A stretch of DNA of 64,000 nt from an uncultured Pseudomonadota bacterium (GTDB taxonomy: Bacteria; Pseudomonadota; Alphaproteobacteria; RF32; CAG-239). Positions 32,571 through 42,831 of this stretch are shown piece after piece. The stretch spans positions 60,679-124,678 of the forward strand of contig CASEZG010000001.1 of the NCBI GenBank assembly GCA_949292375.1. Direction: 5' to 3'. The notes beneath the pieces were generated by a model. That model did no database searches. It saw only the letters and a list, made by a program, of their open reading frames with translations, and was not told the DNA's origin. The translations under genes were made by a program, and so were the position numbers. Every line of letters starts with the position of its first letter. The stretch's first letter is position 1.

Positions 32571-33161
32571 TAACAATTTTCGAGAATTTAGTGCAAGTTG
32601 GAGCGTGCCTTCGTCCATATAATCAAGCTCGGCACCCATCGGGATTCCTTGTGCTAAAGTCGTTACTTTAACATCCATATCTTTTAAGCGCGAAACGAGA
32701 TAATGCGACGTAATTTGTCCGTCTACCGTTGCTGGCAGAGCCAAAATCACCTCTTTAATGTCATCTTTTTTAATACGACAAAGCAAAGATTCTATGTTCA
32801 AATCTTCCGGAGCAACACCGTCTAAGGCTGACAAAACTCCGCCTAAGACATGATATTTACCCTTGAAAAAAGAAACTCTTTCCATCGCCCACAAATCAGC
32901 AACGTCTTGCACGACACAAAGCTGATTATTCTCTCTCTTCTCTGAGGTGCAAATGGAGCAAGGCGAAACCGTGTCATAATTGCCGCAGATTTCACAAGTT
33001 TTGACATTGGCTGCAACATCCTGCAAAGCCTCTATCAGCGGCAGGAACAAAGTTTCACGCTTTTTTAAGAGCTGCAAAACAATACGCCTTGAAGAGCGTG
33101 TTCCCAGCGAGGGCAGCTTGGAAATAATCTTGGTGAGTTTTTCTATTTCTTTTCCGGACAC
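32568..33161 (-). CDS. recR: Recombination protein RecR
   Basis: C4 zinc finger CEICGN...CSIC. Toprim domain. Lies within the ffs-dnaX-ybaB-recR cluster. Confidence 0.92.
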   Translation of the reverse strand: MSGKEIEKLTKIISKLPSLGTRSSRRIVLQLLKKRETLFLPLIEALQDVAANVKTCEICGNYDTVSPCSICTSEKRENNQLCVVQDVADLWAMERVSFFKGKYHVLGGVLSALDGVAPEDLNIESLLCRIKKDDIKEVILALPATVDGQITSHYLVSRLKDMDVKVTTLAQGIPMGAELDYMDEGTLQLALNSRKLL

Positions 33162-33173
33162 GTTTTTTCTCTG

Positions 33174-33494
33174 CTAAAAAGGTAACTTCAAGCCGCCGAG
33201 GTTCAGCCCGCCGGTTATATCTTTCATACCTTCTGCCATAGAGGCGTCTACTTTGCCATGCGCATCATTATAGGCTGCAACAATCATATCTTCCAAAATG
33301 CTTGTATCTTCTTCATCAAGCAAAGACTTGTCTATCTCAATCTTTTTCATTTCAAACTTGCCGTTTAAGGTGATTTTTACCATACCGCCGCCGGAAGTTC
33401 CTGTGAGTTCTTGCTCGGCAAGTTTGGCTTGTGCTTCTTCCATTTTTTTCTGCATCATTTGGGCTTGTTTCATCAATCCCTGAATATTCATCAT
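33174..33494 (-). CDS. ybaB: Nucleoid-associated protein YbaB/EbfC
   Basis: 106 aa. YbaB signature. Position between dnaX and recR. Confidence 0.9.
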   Translation of the reverse strand: MMNIQGLMKQAQMMQKKMEEAQAKLAEQELTGTSGGGMVKITLNGKFEMKKIEIDKSLLDEEDTSILEDMIVAAYNDAHGKVDASMAEGMKDITGGLNLGGLKLPF

Positions 33495-33496
33495 AA

Positions 33497-35236
33497 CTAA
33501 TTTTCCTCTTCAAAAAACAGTTCGCTGTCGGCTTCCCCGTCCGCCGTTTCTTCCAAATCCACCCTACGGGTCAGGGTTTCTATTTTTGCTCCTTTAAACT
33601 CAGCCATAATCGCCTTGACCAAAGGATATTCCATAATACTGCGCTTTTCTTCTTCCGATTTGGCTCGCTCTTTGTCTGCTATCGTCTCGCCCAAGTGGCC
33701 GCGCAAAATGTCTATCTTCCATTCCTTACCCGTGGCTTCAGCTAAAATCTTGTGCAGATTCATTATGAAATCCGGATGGATTTTATCCGAAATCGTCATC
33801 TTCATAAAACCATCTGCAAACTCATGGATAGTTACATCATTTTTGATGGCATAAGACACCAACATTTTGCGGTTTGCTTCCAGATATGCGACCAAATCCT
33901 CAGCAGATTTGAAGATACCGCTATTGTTTTTTTCGGGTGACGATTCCGTTCTTATGGTAGGATTTACAACCTGCTGTTCAGGTGCTTTTTGCGGCGCACC
34001 GGCCGCTGCCTCAAAAGGGCGAGAATTGCCTAGGCTAGAGTTTTTTTTTACGTCGTTTAACAGTTCATAAGGTGTGGGTAAATTCGCCGAGTAAGCCACG
34101 CGAATCAGAATCATCTCTAAGGCATCAATCTGGACCGGAGCTACCTGAAGTTCGCCCAAACCTTTTATCATCATCTGCCAAATCTTGGATAAAACGGCTA
34201 TGGAAACAACCGGAGACATTTTGGTACAAAAATCGCGCTCATTCTCGGTTAAACTAATATCATTGACCGAAGAAGGTATAATCCGCGCTTTGGCCAACAT
34301 ATGCGTGATATTGATTAGGTCCTGCAACAAAGTTGTCGGGTTTGCGCCGTTTTTGTATTGTTCCTGAAGATTGGTTATAACCTTATCAACCTTTCCTGTT
34401 GCCAAATTTTCAAACAGCTCAAAAACCTGATTGCGATCCGCCAAGCCTATCATATTCTTAACAATGTCAGTGCGAACTTTGCCTCCGCCCAAAGAAATAG
34501 ATTGGTCTAATAAAGATTCTCCATCGCGCGCAGAACCATCTGCCGCTTTGGCTATGATATGTAAAGCCTCTTCATCATAAGAAATTTTTTCATTATCCAA
34601 AATCTTTTTAAAAAGTCCGGTTAAATCCTCAATGCTGATTCTTTGCAGGTCAAACCTTTGGCAACGCGACAATATGGTTACCGGAACTTTGCGTATCTCA
34701 GTTGTGGCAAAGATGAATTTGACGTGAGAAGGAGGCTCTTCCAAAGTTTTGAGCAGCGCATTAAACGCGCTTTTGGAAAGCATATGGACTTCGTCGATGA
34801 TATAGATTTTATAGCGCGCATTGGTTGGCTTGTAACGGACACCGTCCAAAATCTCGCGGATATCATCAACGCCGGTGTGGGATGCAGCATCCAGCTCCAT
34901 AACATCAATATGACGACCTTCAGTGATTGCTTTACAATTTTCACAAACACCGCAGGGATGAACAGTGGGTCCGCTTTTGCCATCTAAACCTATGCAGTTT
35001 AAGGCTTTGGCTATAATTCTGGCAGTGGTGGTTTTACCCACGCCGCGGATACCCGTTAAAATATAGGCATGATGCAGACGATTGTTTTTGATGGCATTGG
35101 TTAGGGTTTGCACCAAGGCATCCTGCCCAACAAGGTCATCAAAGTTTTGCGGGCGATATTTGCGCGCAAGAACAACATATTGCTCATCATTACCGGTTTC
35201 GGTGTTTGTATTTTCTTCAGACATTGCAATCTTCAT
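33497..35236 (-). CDS. dnaX: DNA polymerase III subunits gamma/tau
   Basis: Walker A GIRGVGKTT, SRC motif, clamp-loader AAA+ domain. Confidence 0.92.
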   Translation of the reverse strand: MKIAMSEENTNTETGNDEQYVVLARKYRPQNFDDLVGQDALVQTLTNAIKNNRLHHAYILTGIRGVGKTTTARIIAKALNCIGLDGKSGPTVHPCGVCENCKAITEGRHIDVMELDAASHTGVDDIREILDGVRYKPTNARYKIYIIDEVHMLSKSAFNALLKTLEEPPSHVKFIFATTEIRKVPVTILSRCQRFDLQRISIEDLTGLFKKILDNEKISYDEEALHIIAKAADGSARDGESLLDQSISLGGGKVRTDIVKNMIGLADRNQVFELFENLATGKVDKVITNLQEQYKNGANPTTLLQDLINITHMLAKARIIPSSVNDISLTENERDFCTKMSPVVSIAVLSKIWQMMIKGLGELQVAPVQIDALEMILIRVAYSANLPTPYELLNDVKKNSSLGNSRPFEAAAGAPQKAPEQQVVNPTIRTESSPEKNNSGIFKSAEDLVAYLEANRKMLVSYAIKNDVTIHEFADGFMKMTISDKIHPDFIMNLHKILAEATGKEWKIDILRGHLGETIADKERAKSEEEKRSIMEYPLVKAIMAEFKGAKIETLTRRVDLEETADGEADSELFFEEEN

Positions 35237-35243
35237 TAAAAAT

Positions 35244-35340
35244 GAGGTGGAGAGCGCGCGACCTTAATCGATTCCGTTACGGCTGCTTCCTTCCGGACCT
35301 GACCGGGTTGGCGGAGAATTAACCCGCCGCCCTCCGTTAA
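35244..35340 (-). ncRNA. ffs: Signal recognition particle RNA (small bacterial 4.5S type)
   Basis: The minus strand carries the conserved domain IV core GUCAGGUCCGGAAGGAAGCAGCC and a GGAGGGCGGCGGG 5' arm that pairs with the 3' end. It lies immediately upstream of dnaX, the classical ffs-dnaX arrangement. Ends are approximate. Confidence 0.85.
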
Positions 35341-35411
35341 AAAACTTCTTTTAATATCGTTGTTTTTTGCCCTTTTTTCAAGGAAAAAATAAACAATTTA
35401 ACAGTTTGAGC

Positions 35412-36887
35412 TTAGTTTGGAACTCTGATGTTGAGTTTGGCTAAAGCATCTCGTGTAATCTCTTGTTCTTGCTCAAACGAAATATACGCTTCCGGCTGAT
35501 TTTCCGGACTAAGCGGATAGCCGTAAATAAGTGTCTGGGCAGATGTTCTGTCTTTGCCAAAAATCAGAGGGGCTCGGTAAGAAGAATCTATTTCAATAGG
35601 TGCTGATACTTCCGTCATTATTGAAGACGTAAATTGCTTTGGAGCGGCGTCTACAACAATATCTCCCGAACTTCTGACTTCCACAATGTCTAAGCTATGC
35701 TCATTGCGGCCATCCATAAATAAACGGAAAACACCATTGATACCGATATAGCCGTCAGGATCGGTAATCGCTTCCGTCAAGTTATCTTTATCTTGTTTTG
35801 ATAAAGCAGAGGCTAAAGCAACACCATCATAGGCAAATGAATAGAGCGTATTCGGGCGTTCACCGAAATAATCATTGTATTTGTTCGAAAAATATGCGCT
35901 ATGAGATCTGGACATTGCCGGATACCAGCTGCCAAACAAGGTGGTTTCTTTGTTTAAGCTCGTGTTTTCCCAAATAGATGTACCCAAAAATTTTACTTTC
36001 GGCGAAAAAACATCATAGTAACCAAACATAGAGGCGGCTGATTTTAAACGTGGGCCGTATTCCGGAATGATTACGGCATCAAAGTCAACATCACCCAATG
36101 TATCCAAGGGCTCTAAACGTTTTAAAACTTTGGCGGCATTGGCATCGCCACGAGCTGATTTTGCGGCCAAATTGGTACGAATCTTTTGCAAACGGGCAAC
36201 CCGCGTCGGATAATCCGTCATTTTTTTCAAGACATCGGAAAAATCTGTTGTTTCCGGCGGATAAAAACCTATACGAACAACTTGAACGTTGTTTTTTTGA
36301 GCAAACTTAACCGCGGCTTTGGCTACTGCGACACCTGTTGAATTGTCCGGTACAAGCAGCGCAAATTTTGACCGCCCCTTTTCGATGGCAAAAGACATTA
36401 CTCGACCGACTTGCTCATCAATCAACAATCCCAAGGTGTAAATATTGCTTTGTAAAACATCCGTGTTGGTTGAAAAGGCGATTACGGGAACGCCTCGGTC
36501 TATGGCTTGGTTGGAGATGGCCCGAACCTCCGAACTCATCAAAGGACCCAAAATCAGGTCAGATTGTTGGTTGAGAGCGTTTTCTATTGCAATACGCGCA
36601 CCTTCCGGCGTGCTTTTGGTATCATAATACTGCAAAATGAGATTGGGATTGCGAACATCATCCAAAGCCATCATGGTAGCATTTTTTAGCCCCTGTCCTT
36701 GTTTTGCCGCACTACCGCTTAAAGGTAAAAGCACCCCTACTCTGAAATTGCTTCGTCCGCCGAGACTCACTTCACTGTAATCCGTTGACATATCATCATA
36801 ACCGCCCTGTGTGGCAACATCTGCCGAACGACAGCCGGCTAAGATTGCAAAAAGGACAAAGACAAAATATTTTTTTAGCACTTGCAT
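35412..36887 (-). CDS. Periplasmic-binding-fold lipoprotein, penicillin-binding protein activator LpoA/YraM-like
   Basis: Lipobox LAGC. Type-1 periplasmic binding fold. Divergent from rsmI-yraN, as in the E. coli yraL-yraM-yraN locus. Confidence 0.6.
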   Translation of the reverse strand: MQVLKKYFVFVLFAILAGCRSADVATQGGYDDMSTDYSEVSLGGRSNFRVGVLLPLSGSAAKQGQGLKNATMMALDDVRNPNLILQYYDTKSTPEGARIAIENALNQQSDLILGPLMSSEVRAISNQAIDRGVPVIAFSTNTDVLQSNIYTLGLLIDEQVGRVMSFAIEKGRSKFALLVPDNSTGVAVAKAAVKFAQKNNVQVVRIGFYPPETTDFSDVLKKMTDYPTRVARLQKIRTNLAAKSARGDANAAKVLKRLEPLDTLGDVDFDAVIIPEYGPRLKSAASMFGYYDVFSPKVKFLGTSIWENTSLNKETTLFGSWYPAMSRSHSAYFSNKYNDYFGERPNTLYSFAYDGVALASALSKQDKDNLTEAITDPDGYIGINGVFRLFMDGRNEHSLDIVEVRSSGDIVVDAAPKQFTSSIMTEVSAPIEIDSSYRAPLIFGKDRTSAQTLIYGYPLSPENQPEAYISFEQEQEITRDALAKLNIRVPN

Positions 36888-36985
36888 TTTACCTTAAAAT
36901 AGAAAACAATCCGAAATTATAATATATTATGGAACAATACTTAATCAGATTTAGAATAAAAAATTCTTAATGTAAAGACAAAGAT

Positions 36986-37822
36986 ATGCAGAACGGATTA
37001 TACATTGTGGCTACACCTATCGGAAATCTTGGTGATATCTCACCGAGAGCCGTTGAAACGCTTAAGGAAGCAGAAGTTATCGCTTGTGAAGATACACGCG
37101 TTACCAAAAAACTTTTTGCTCTTCTTAATATCAGTACGGCTAACAAGAAATTTGTGGTCTACCAAAATTATAATGAAGAAGACGAAGCGCAAAATATTTT
37201 GGATTTGGCAATTAATGAAAACAAAAGTATTGCTCTGGTCAGCGATGCGGGTTCACCTCTGATTTCTGACCCTGGGTATAAGCTCATTCATAAGGCGCGT
37301 AAACAAGGTGTTTTTGTCAGCGTTTTGCCCGGTTGTTGCGCGCTTATTTGCGCTTTGCAACTTTCCGGTCTGCCCACAAATCGATTTCTTTTTGCCGGCT
37401 TTATCCCTAACAAAGACAAAGCTCGCGCAGATGCTTTGAATGAATTTAAGGAAACAAAAGCAACTCTTGTTTTTTATGAAACGGCACAGCGGATTTTGAA
37501 AACACTTGAAGCCGCCAAAGAAATTTTTGGGGAAAGAGAAATGGCGGTTGCGCGCGAAATAAGCAAGGTTTATGAAGAATGCATCAACGGCACGGCGGCC
37601 GAACTTATTGAACATTTTAGCTCTAAGGAACCCAAAGGCGAAATGGTTTTGATGATTGCACCTGCCGCTGAGAAAGATTTTTCTAATCTTGATATTGAGG
37701 GAATCTTAAAACAAAAACTTGCTGAAATGCCTCTTAAATCTGCGGTTAAGGAAATGGTTGCCACTTATGGGTTAAACAAAAACGAAATTTATGAACTGGC
37801 TTTGAAACTTAAAAATGAATAA
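36986..37822 (+). CDS. rsmI: 16S rRNA 2'-O-ribose C1402 methyltransferase
   Basis: Tetrapyrrole-methylase fold. N-terminus LYIVATPIGNLGDIS. Confidence 0.88.
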   Translation: MQNGLYIVATPIGNLGDISPRAVETLKEAEVIACEDTRVTKKLFALLNISTANKKFVVYQNYNEEDEAQNILDLAINENKSIALVSDAGSPLISDPGYKLIHKARKQGVFVSVLPGCCALICALQLSGLPTNRFLFAGFIPNKDKARADALNEFKETKATLVFYETAQRILKTLEAAKEIFGEREMAVAREISKVYEECINGTAAELIEHFSSKEPKGEMVLMIAPAAEKDFSNLDIEGILKQKLAEMPLKSAVKEMVATYGLNKNEIYELALKLKNE

Positions 37823-38165
37823 TTATCACTCGGGACATTGGGCGGAATTTTTGGCGCGAAATTTGTTTCGGCTTAAGGGGTATCGAATCCTTGCTTCAAA
37901 TTATATTACAGGAAAAGGAACTCACGCCGGAGAAGTTGATTTTGTGGCAAGAAAAGGCAAAACATTGGTCTTTGTTGAGGTCAAAAAGCGGGCAAATCTT
38001 GAAAATGCGGCTTATGCGATATCTGAAACACAAAAGCTAAGAATCCGCAACGGGGCGGAAGCCTTTTTGAAAAAGCATCCGCAATATCGCTTTTTTGATA
38101 TCCGTTTTGATGCGGTTTTGGTTAAGCTCCCCTGCTCTATTTTGCACCTGAAAAATGCTTTTTAG
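37815..38165 (+). CDS. YraN family (UPF0102) endonuclease-like protein
   Basis: 116 aa. GEVDFVA...VFVEVKKR motif. Follows rsmI. Confidence 0.8.
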   Translation: MNNYHSGHWAEFLARNLFRLKGYRILASNYITGKGTHAGEVDFVARKGKTLVFVEVKKRANLENAAYAISETQKLRIRNGAEAFLKKHPQYRFFDIRFDAVLVKLPCSILHLKNAF

Positions 38166-38166
38166 C

Positions 38167-38916
38167 TTATTCTACCGTGTTTTCAATTAATCTATCCAAA
38201 TTGTTGCGTTCATAATTATTATAGCCTTCAAAATCTTCTTTGATTTTTTGAAGTTTCTTCTTATCATCACGCATTTTTTCGATTTGCGGCTGGGCTAATT
38301 TTTCAAATAAAGCATCTACATCGCTTTTGTCTTTATCTGCTTCTTTTTTAGGCTTTTCTTCAGACTTTTCCTCTTTATCCTCATCATCCGAGGTTAAGCC
38401 TACTTCCGATGTCTTTTCTTTTATGGCGTCTAAAGTATCTTTCGGAATGAGCTTTTCTATCGGCTCTGCGAAATTACCGGCTATCTGAAAATATTTTGAC
38501 TTTTTAAGCAGTTCCGGCTGCGACTTTACAGGCATTATCCAGCTGATGAGAATATACATCAACACAACCAATAAAAAGGCTCTGACGACGCCGAAAAATA
38601 GACCTAACATTCTATCCAGCCCACTCAGCTTGCTGGTACGAATTTTGCCAACAACACCGGCTGTGGCATAAATCCAGATAATCATAAAAATTATGATTAT
38701 CAATGAGGCTGTCACAACCCCTGACATCCAACCGCTCTCAATATATTTCATCATATAGGGATTCAACACAGGCAAAAGATAGATAACCGAGACACCCGAC
38801 ATTACCCAGCCTACAATAGATAAAACTTCTTTGACCAAACCTCGGCCCAAAGCTATGAGTGCTGAAATGGCGACAATAATTAAGATGGCGATATCCAGAT
38901 TATTTAGCTCTTGCAT
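38167..38916 (-). CDS. cvpA: CvpA family membrane protein with acidic/basic C-terminal tail
   Basis: Four TM helices. N-terminus DIAILIIVAISALIALGRG. Confidence 0.75.
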   Translation of the reverse strand: MQELNNLDIAILIIVAISALIALGRGLVKEVLSIVGWVMSGVSVIYLLPVLNPYMMKYIESGWMSGVVTASLIIIIFMIIWIYATAGVVGKIRTSKLSGLDRMLGLFFGVVRAFLLVVLMYILISWIMPVKSQPELLKKSKYFQIAGNFAEPIEKLIPKDTLDAIKEKTSEVGLTSDDEDKEEKSEEKPKKEADKDKSDVDALFEKLAQPQIEKMRDDKKKLQKIKEDFEGYNNYERNNLDRLIENTVE

Positions 38917-38927
38917 TTGTTTTTTCC

Positions 38928-40301
38928 TTAGTTAAACCAGTTTATGAGGCGTTGAACATTGCCTATTTCATGAATTAACATCTCATGATTGTTTAGTTTT
39001 TTGTCTTTCTTGTAGCTTGCTGGCATTATGGCACTGGCAAACCCCAACTTATGTGCTTCTTTCAGGCGAGAATTGGGCTGACTGACAGCTCTGATTTCGC
39101 CGGAAAGCCCTATTTCTCCAAAAATTACGGTATCAGCCGGCAGAGGCTTATTGGTCATTGAGGATATGACAGCCATTGCAACGGCCAAATCTGCCGCAGG
39201 CTCGGAAATTTTGAGACCGCCGGCAATATTTAGATAAATATCTTGCGAGCTCAAATTCATACCACAACGAGCTTCCAAAACAGCCAAAACCATAGCCAAA
39301 CGGTTGGAATCCCAACCGACAACCGCTCGTTTGGGGCTGGCATAGCTTGTTGGACTTACTAAAGCCTGTATCTCTACTAAAACAGGTCTGGAGCCTTCTA
39401 TTCCGGCAAATACGCATGAGCCGGATATGTTACCTTGTCTTTCTGCCAAAAACAGTGCCGATGGGTTTTCAACCTCAACCAAACCTTTGTCCTGCATTTC
39501 AAAAACACCGATTTCATCCGTTGCGCCATAGCGGTTCTTAACTGCGCGCAAAATACGGAAATGGTGCCCTCTCTCGCCTTCAAAATACAAAACAGTATCC
39601 ACCATATGTTCTAAAACTCGAGGACCGGCAATAGCTCCTTGTTTTGTAACATGACCTACAAGAAAGAGGACAAAGCCTTTTTTCTTAGCCAACTTAATCA
39701 GCTCATAGGCGCAAGCGCGAACTTGGGCCACACTGCCTGGGGTGGATTCTACCTCTTCCAGATACATGGTTTGGATAGAATCGATTATAACAACAGCTGC
39801 ATCTGATTTGTTTAAGGTTTCAATTATGTCTTTAACATCCGTTGTTGAAGCGAGTTTGACCGGAGATTGTTCTAAACCCAATCTTTTGGCGCGAATCCGC
39901 ACTTGGTCTATGGCTTCTTCTCCGGAAATATAATAACACTCAGGATGGGTCGGAGCATTGGCAACACTAGCACAAACTTGCAACAGCAAAGTTGATTTTC
40001 CGATGCCTGGGTCACCACCAACCAAAATGGCAGACCCCGGAACTAAGCCGCCGCCAGAGACACGGTCTAACTCTTTTATTCCTGTCGGAATTCGGCTCAA
40101 AGCGGTTTCTTCACCGCTAAGAGCAACAAATTCAAGCATTTTTCCTTTCTTTTTTGCCGGAAGATTGGAAAAACCTTCGCCGCCGACCTTCTCTTCAACT
40201 ATGGTATTCCATTCGCCGCAAGCATCGCACTTGCCTTGCCATTTTGGATATATACTGCCGCAATTTTGGCAGACAAATTCGCTTCCGCCTTTTTTGGCCA
40301 T
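38928..40301 (-). CDS. radA: DNA repair protein RadA/Sms
   Basis: N-terminal zinc finger CQNCG...CDAC. Walker A GDPGIGKST. KNRYG motif. Lon-like C-terminus. Confidence 0.92.
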   Translation of the reverse strand: MAKKGGSEFVCQNCGSIYPKWQGKCDACGEWNTIVEEKVGGEGFSNLPAKKKGKMLEFVALSGEETALSRIPTGIKELDRVSGGGLVPGSAILVGGDPGIGKSTLLLQVCASVANAPTHPECYYISGEEAIDQVRIRAKRLGLEQSPVKLASTTDVKDIIETLNKSDAAVVIIDSIQTMYLEEVESTPGSVAQVRACAYELIKLAKKKGFVLFLVGHVTKQGAIAGPRVLEHMVDTVLYFEGERGHHFRILRAVKNRYGATDEIGVFEMQDKGLVEVENPSALFLAERQGNISGSCVFAGIEGSRPVLVEIQALVSPTSYASPKRAVVGWDSNRLAMVLAVLEARCGMNLSSQDIYLNIAGGLKISEPAADLAVAMAVISSMTNKPLPADTVIFGEIGLSGEIRAVSQPNSRLKEAHKLGFASAIMPASYKKDKKLNNHEMLIHEIGNVQRLINWFN

Positions 40302-40302
40302 A

Positions 40303-41067
40303 TTAGACCTCCACTTTTATCGGACCTTGCGAGCAGCCGTTGATAAACTGACAAACATACGGATTATCGGTTTTTTCCATCTCTTTGACTGTGCCGCACC
40401 AGATGATTTTGCCTTTGTATAACATGGCTATTCTGTCTGCAATTTTGCGCGCTGAAGCCATATCATGCGTAATGGTCAAAGCAGTTGCACCTAAGCCGCG
40501 GGCAGATTCAATAATCAAGTCATTGATGACGTCTGCCATAATCGGGTCTAAACCTGTTGTCGGCTCGTCAAAAAAGATTATTTCAGGCTTGGTTGCGATT
40601 GCTCTTGCCAGACTTACACGTTTTTGCATACCACCGGAAAGTTCGCTCGGAGATAAATCAGCAACATCAGGAGCTAAACCAACCTGACGCAATACACGTA
40701 TAGCTTCATTCTTGGCGTCTTTGCGGTTCCATTTTTGGTTTTCAATCAGCCCGAAAGCCACATTTTCCCAAACGCTTAAGCTGTCAAACAAGGCACCGCC
40801 CTGAAAAAGCATTCCCATTTTGGCATGCATCGCATCTCTTATCTCGTCATCGGCATTGTTGATTTCTATACCATCAACCTTAATGGAGCCGCTGTCGGGA
40901 TTTAACAAACCCTGAATGCATTTAATCAGAACGGATTTTCCTGTTCCGGAACCTCCTATAACAACCAGAGATTCTCCTTTTTTTATTTCTAAATCAACAC
41001 CATCTAAAACAACTTTTTTTCCAAAAGCTTTGTGCAGATTTTTTACTTGTATTTTATATTCACTCAT
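40303..41067 (-). CDS. mlaF: ABC transporter ATP-binding protein, MlaF-like
   Basis: Walker A GGSGTGKS, LSGGMQKRVSLARA, FFDEPTTGLD. The start was moved to MSEYK. Confidence 0.8.
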   Translation of the reverse strand: MSEYKIQVKNLHKAFGKKVVLDGVDLEIKKGESLVVIGGSGTGKSVLIKCIQGLLNPDSGSIKVDGIEINNADDEIRDAMHAKMGMLFQGGALFDSLSVWENVAFGLIENQKWNRKDAKNEAIRVLRQVGLAPDVADLSPSELSGGMQKRVSLARAIATKPEIIFFDEPTTGLDPIMADVINDLIIESARGLGATALTITHDMASARKIADRIAMLYKGKIIWCGTVKEMEKTDNPYVCQFINGCSQGPIKVEV

Positions 41068-41086
41068 AGATTTTCTCCACTTAAGC

Positions 41087-41878
41087 TTATTTTGAAAACA
41101 GAAGTTCGGTAATGACATAGTTGAAAATCAGAATCAGAATTGATGCCGAAACAACAGCGTTTGTTGTTGCTTCACCCACGCCTTGTGCGCCGCCGCGAGA
41201 TTTATAACCATTGTAGCAGCCCATTATGGCGATGATGAAACCAAAGACGCAAGCTTTGACAACACCGGTAATGATATCCAAACTCTCCAAACCATTGATA
41301 GTGGAATTGATGTAGTTGGCCGGATTGAAACCTAGTTTGTAAACAGCAACAATAAAGCCGCCAAAAATACCGATAACATCACCAATCAAGACAAGCAAAG
41401 GCAAAACAAAAATGCTGGCTAAAACTCGTGGGGCAACCAGATACTTGAAAGGATTGGTTGAAAGAGTTACCAAAGCATCTATTTGTTCGGTTACACGCAT
41501 TGTACCAATTTCTGCAGCCATTGCCGCACCGATACGCCCTGCAACCATTAAGCCGGAAAAAACAGGGGCAAGCTCGCGTGTCACAGAAATCAAGACAACA
41601 GATGCAACAGCACTTTCCGCGCCATAACTTGAAAAACCGGAATAAGTTTGCAGAGCAATTACCATACCGGCAAAAATTGTGGTCAGAGCTACAACCGGCA
41701 AAGAATAGAAACCGATGTCTATCATTTGTTTACCAAGTAATTTGATATAAAACGGCGGTGTAAGACTGTGATACACGGATTTTGCGATAAAGATTGAAAG
41801 CTCGCCCAAACCAGCCACAAAACGAACTAACGGTTTGCCGAGTTTTCGCAAAAAGTTTTCGATATAATTTCCTGCCAT
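41087..41878 (-). CDS. mlaE: ABC transporter permease, MlaE-like
   Basis: Multi-TM protein of about 260 aa. Lies immediately upstream of mlaF. Confidence 0.8.
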   Translation of the reverse strand: MAGNYIENFLRKLGKPLVRFVAGLGELSIFIAKSVYHSLTPPFYIKLLGKQMIDIGFYSLPVVALTTIFAGMVIALQTYSGFSSYGAESAVASVVLISVTRELAPVFSGLMVAGRIGAAMAAEIGTMRVTEQIDALVTLSTNPFKYLVAPRVLASIFVLPLLVLIGDVIGIFGGFIVAVYKLGFNPANYINSTINGLESLDIITGVVKACVFGFIIAIMGCYNGYKSRGGAQGVGEATTNAVVSASILILIFNYVITELLFSK

Positions 41879-41940
41879 GGATTTTTCTTTCGTTTAATTA
41901 AAGCCTTTAATTTGCGCTTATTTTAGGTTAAGAACCCAAA

Positions 41941-42363
41941 TTAATCAAGCAAACTATCCATTTTTATAACAATCTTCTCCGGCGCGGAATCTTCAAAGGC
42001 AAAAAGTTTTATTGTCGGAATTTTTATGCCTTCAAGCTCAATAAAATGTTCTTCCGGCATACGTTCTATTTCCTTTGAGTCTTTTGTCAGTTCAACATAC
42101 AAAATGACATCTCCTTCTTTGTCAAAAGGCAGCTTTTGTATGCCTATGCCCCTTACCTCCAACAATCCGGCAATGTTTTTCGGGGCCGATGCTTTTAAAA
42201 GACCGTTTTTTGCCTCAATATTTGTTCTGTCGTCCGCAATAAGTCTTGCGGCATAACGCATTATCAGTCGTAAGGCTATATCTGACTTGCCGCTTCCGGA
42301 TGCTCCGGTCAATAAAACAGCTTTGCCTTTGTAATTGAGCGATGTGGCATAAATATTTTGCAT
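41941..42363 (-). CDS. hprK: HPr kinase/phosphorylase, short alphaproteobacterial form (C-terminal domain only)
   Basis: P-loop GASGSGKSD. GLLEVRGIG motif. 140 aa. Confidence 0.8.
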   Translation of the reverse strand: MQNIYATSLNYKGKAVLLTGASGSGKSDIALRLIMRYAARLIADDRTNIEAKNGLLKASAPKNIAGLLEVRGIGIQKLPFDKEGDVILYVELTKDSKEIERMPEEHFIELEGIKIPTIKLFAFEDSAPEKIVIKMDSLLD

Positions 42364-42364
42364 A

Positions 42365-42823
42365 TTAAAAACCTAAGCTTTTCAGCCGCGTTATTTTTTC
42401 AGCTGATGCCGAACTGATGCTTATTTCGCGTCCTTCGGGATGAGGTGCTATTTGTACGGAAAAGCAGTTTTTGGGTAAATAACCGCCCATTTTTTCCGGC
42501 CATTCAATTAAGCAAACACCTTCATACAATGCTTCTTCCATCCCTAACTCAAATATTTCTTCAGGCGATTTAAGACGATATAGGTCAAAGTGATAAATTT
42601 CAAAATCGAGGGCTTCGTAGCTCTGAACCAGCGTAAAAGTCGGGCTTGGAACCTCTTCCGCATTTGTAAGACTTTGGATAAAACCTCGAGCAAAAACGCT
42701 TTTGCCCATACCCAGCGTGCCATAAAGCGCGAAAACATCTCCTGCTTTTGCTTCGCCGGCTATTTGGGCTGCAAAATTTGCCGTTTCTTCTTCATTGCGG
42801 CAGATGCGTATGATTTTTTCCAT
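42365..42823 (-). CDS. tsaE: tRNA threonylcarbamoyladenosine biosynthesis ATPase TsaE
   Basis: P-loop GTLGMGKS. 152 aa. YjeE family. Confidence 0.85.
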   Translation of the reverse strand: MEKIIRICRNEEETANFAAQIAGEAKAGDVFALYGTLGMGKSVFARGFIQSLTNAEEVPSPTFTLVQSYEALDFEIYHFDLYRLKSPEEIFELGMEEALYEGVCLIEWPEKMGGYLPKNCFSVQIAPHPEGREISISSASAEKITRLKSLGF

Positions 42824-42831
42824 AAACGCTC

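Noticed and set aside
40303-41118. Longer MlaF start (MSLPNFCF...)
   Set aside because: The extension lacks an RBS and would overlap mlaE. The conserved ABC N-terminus begins at MSEYK.
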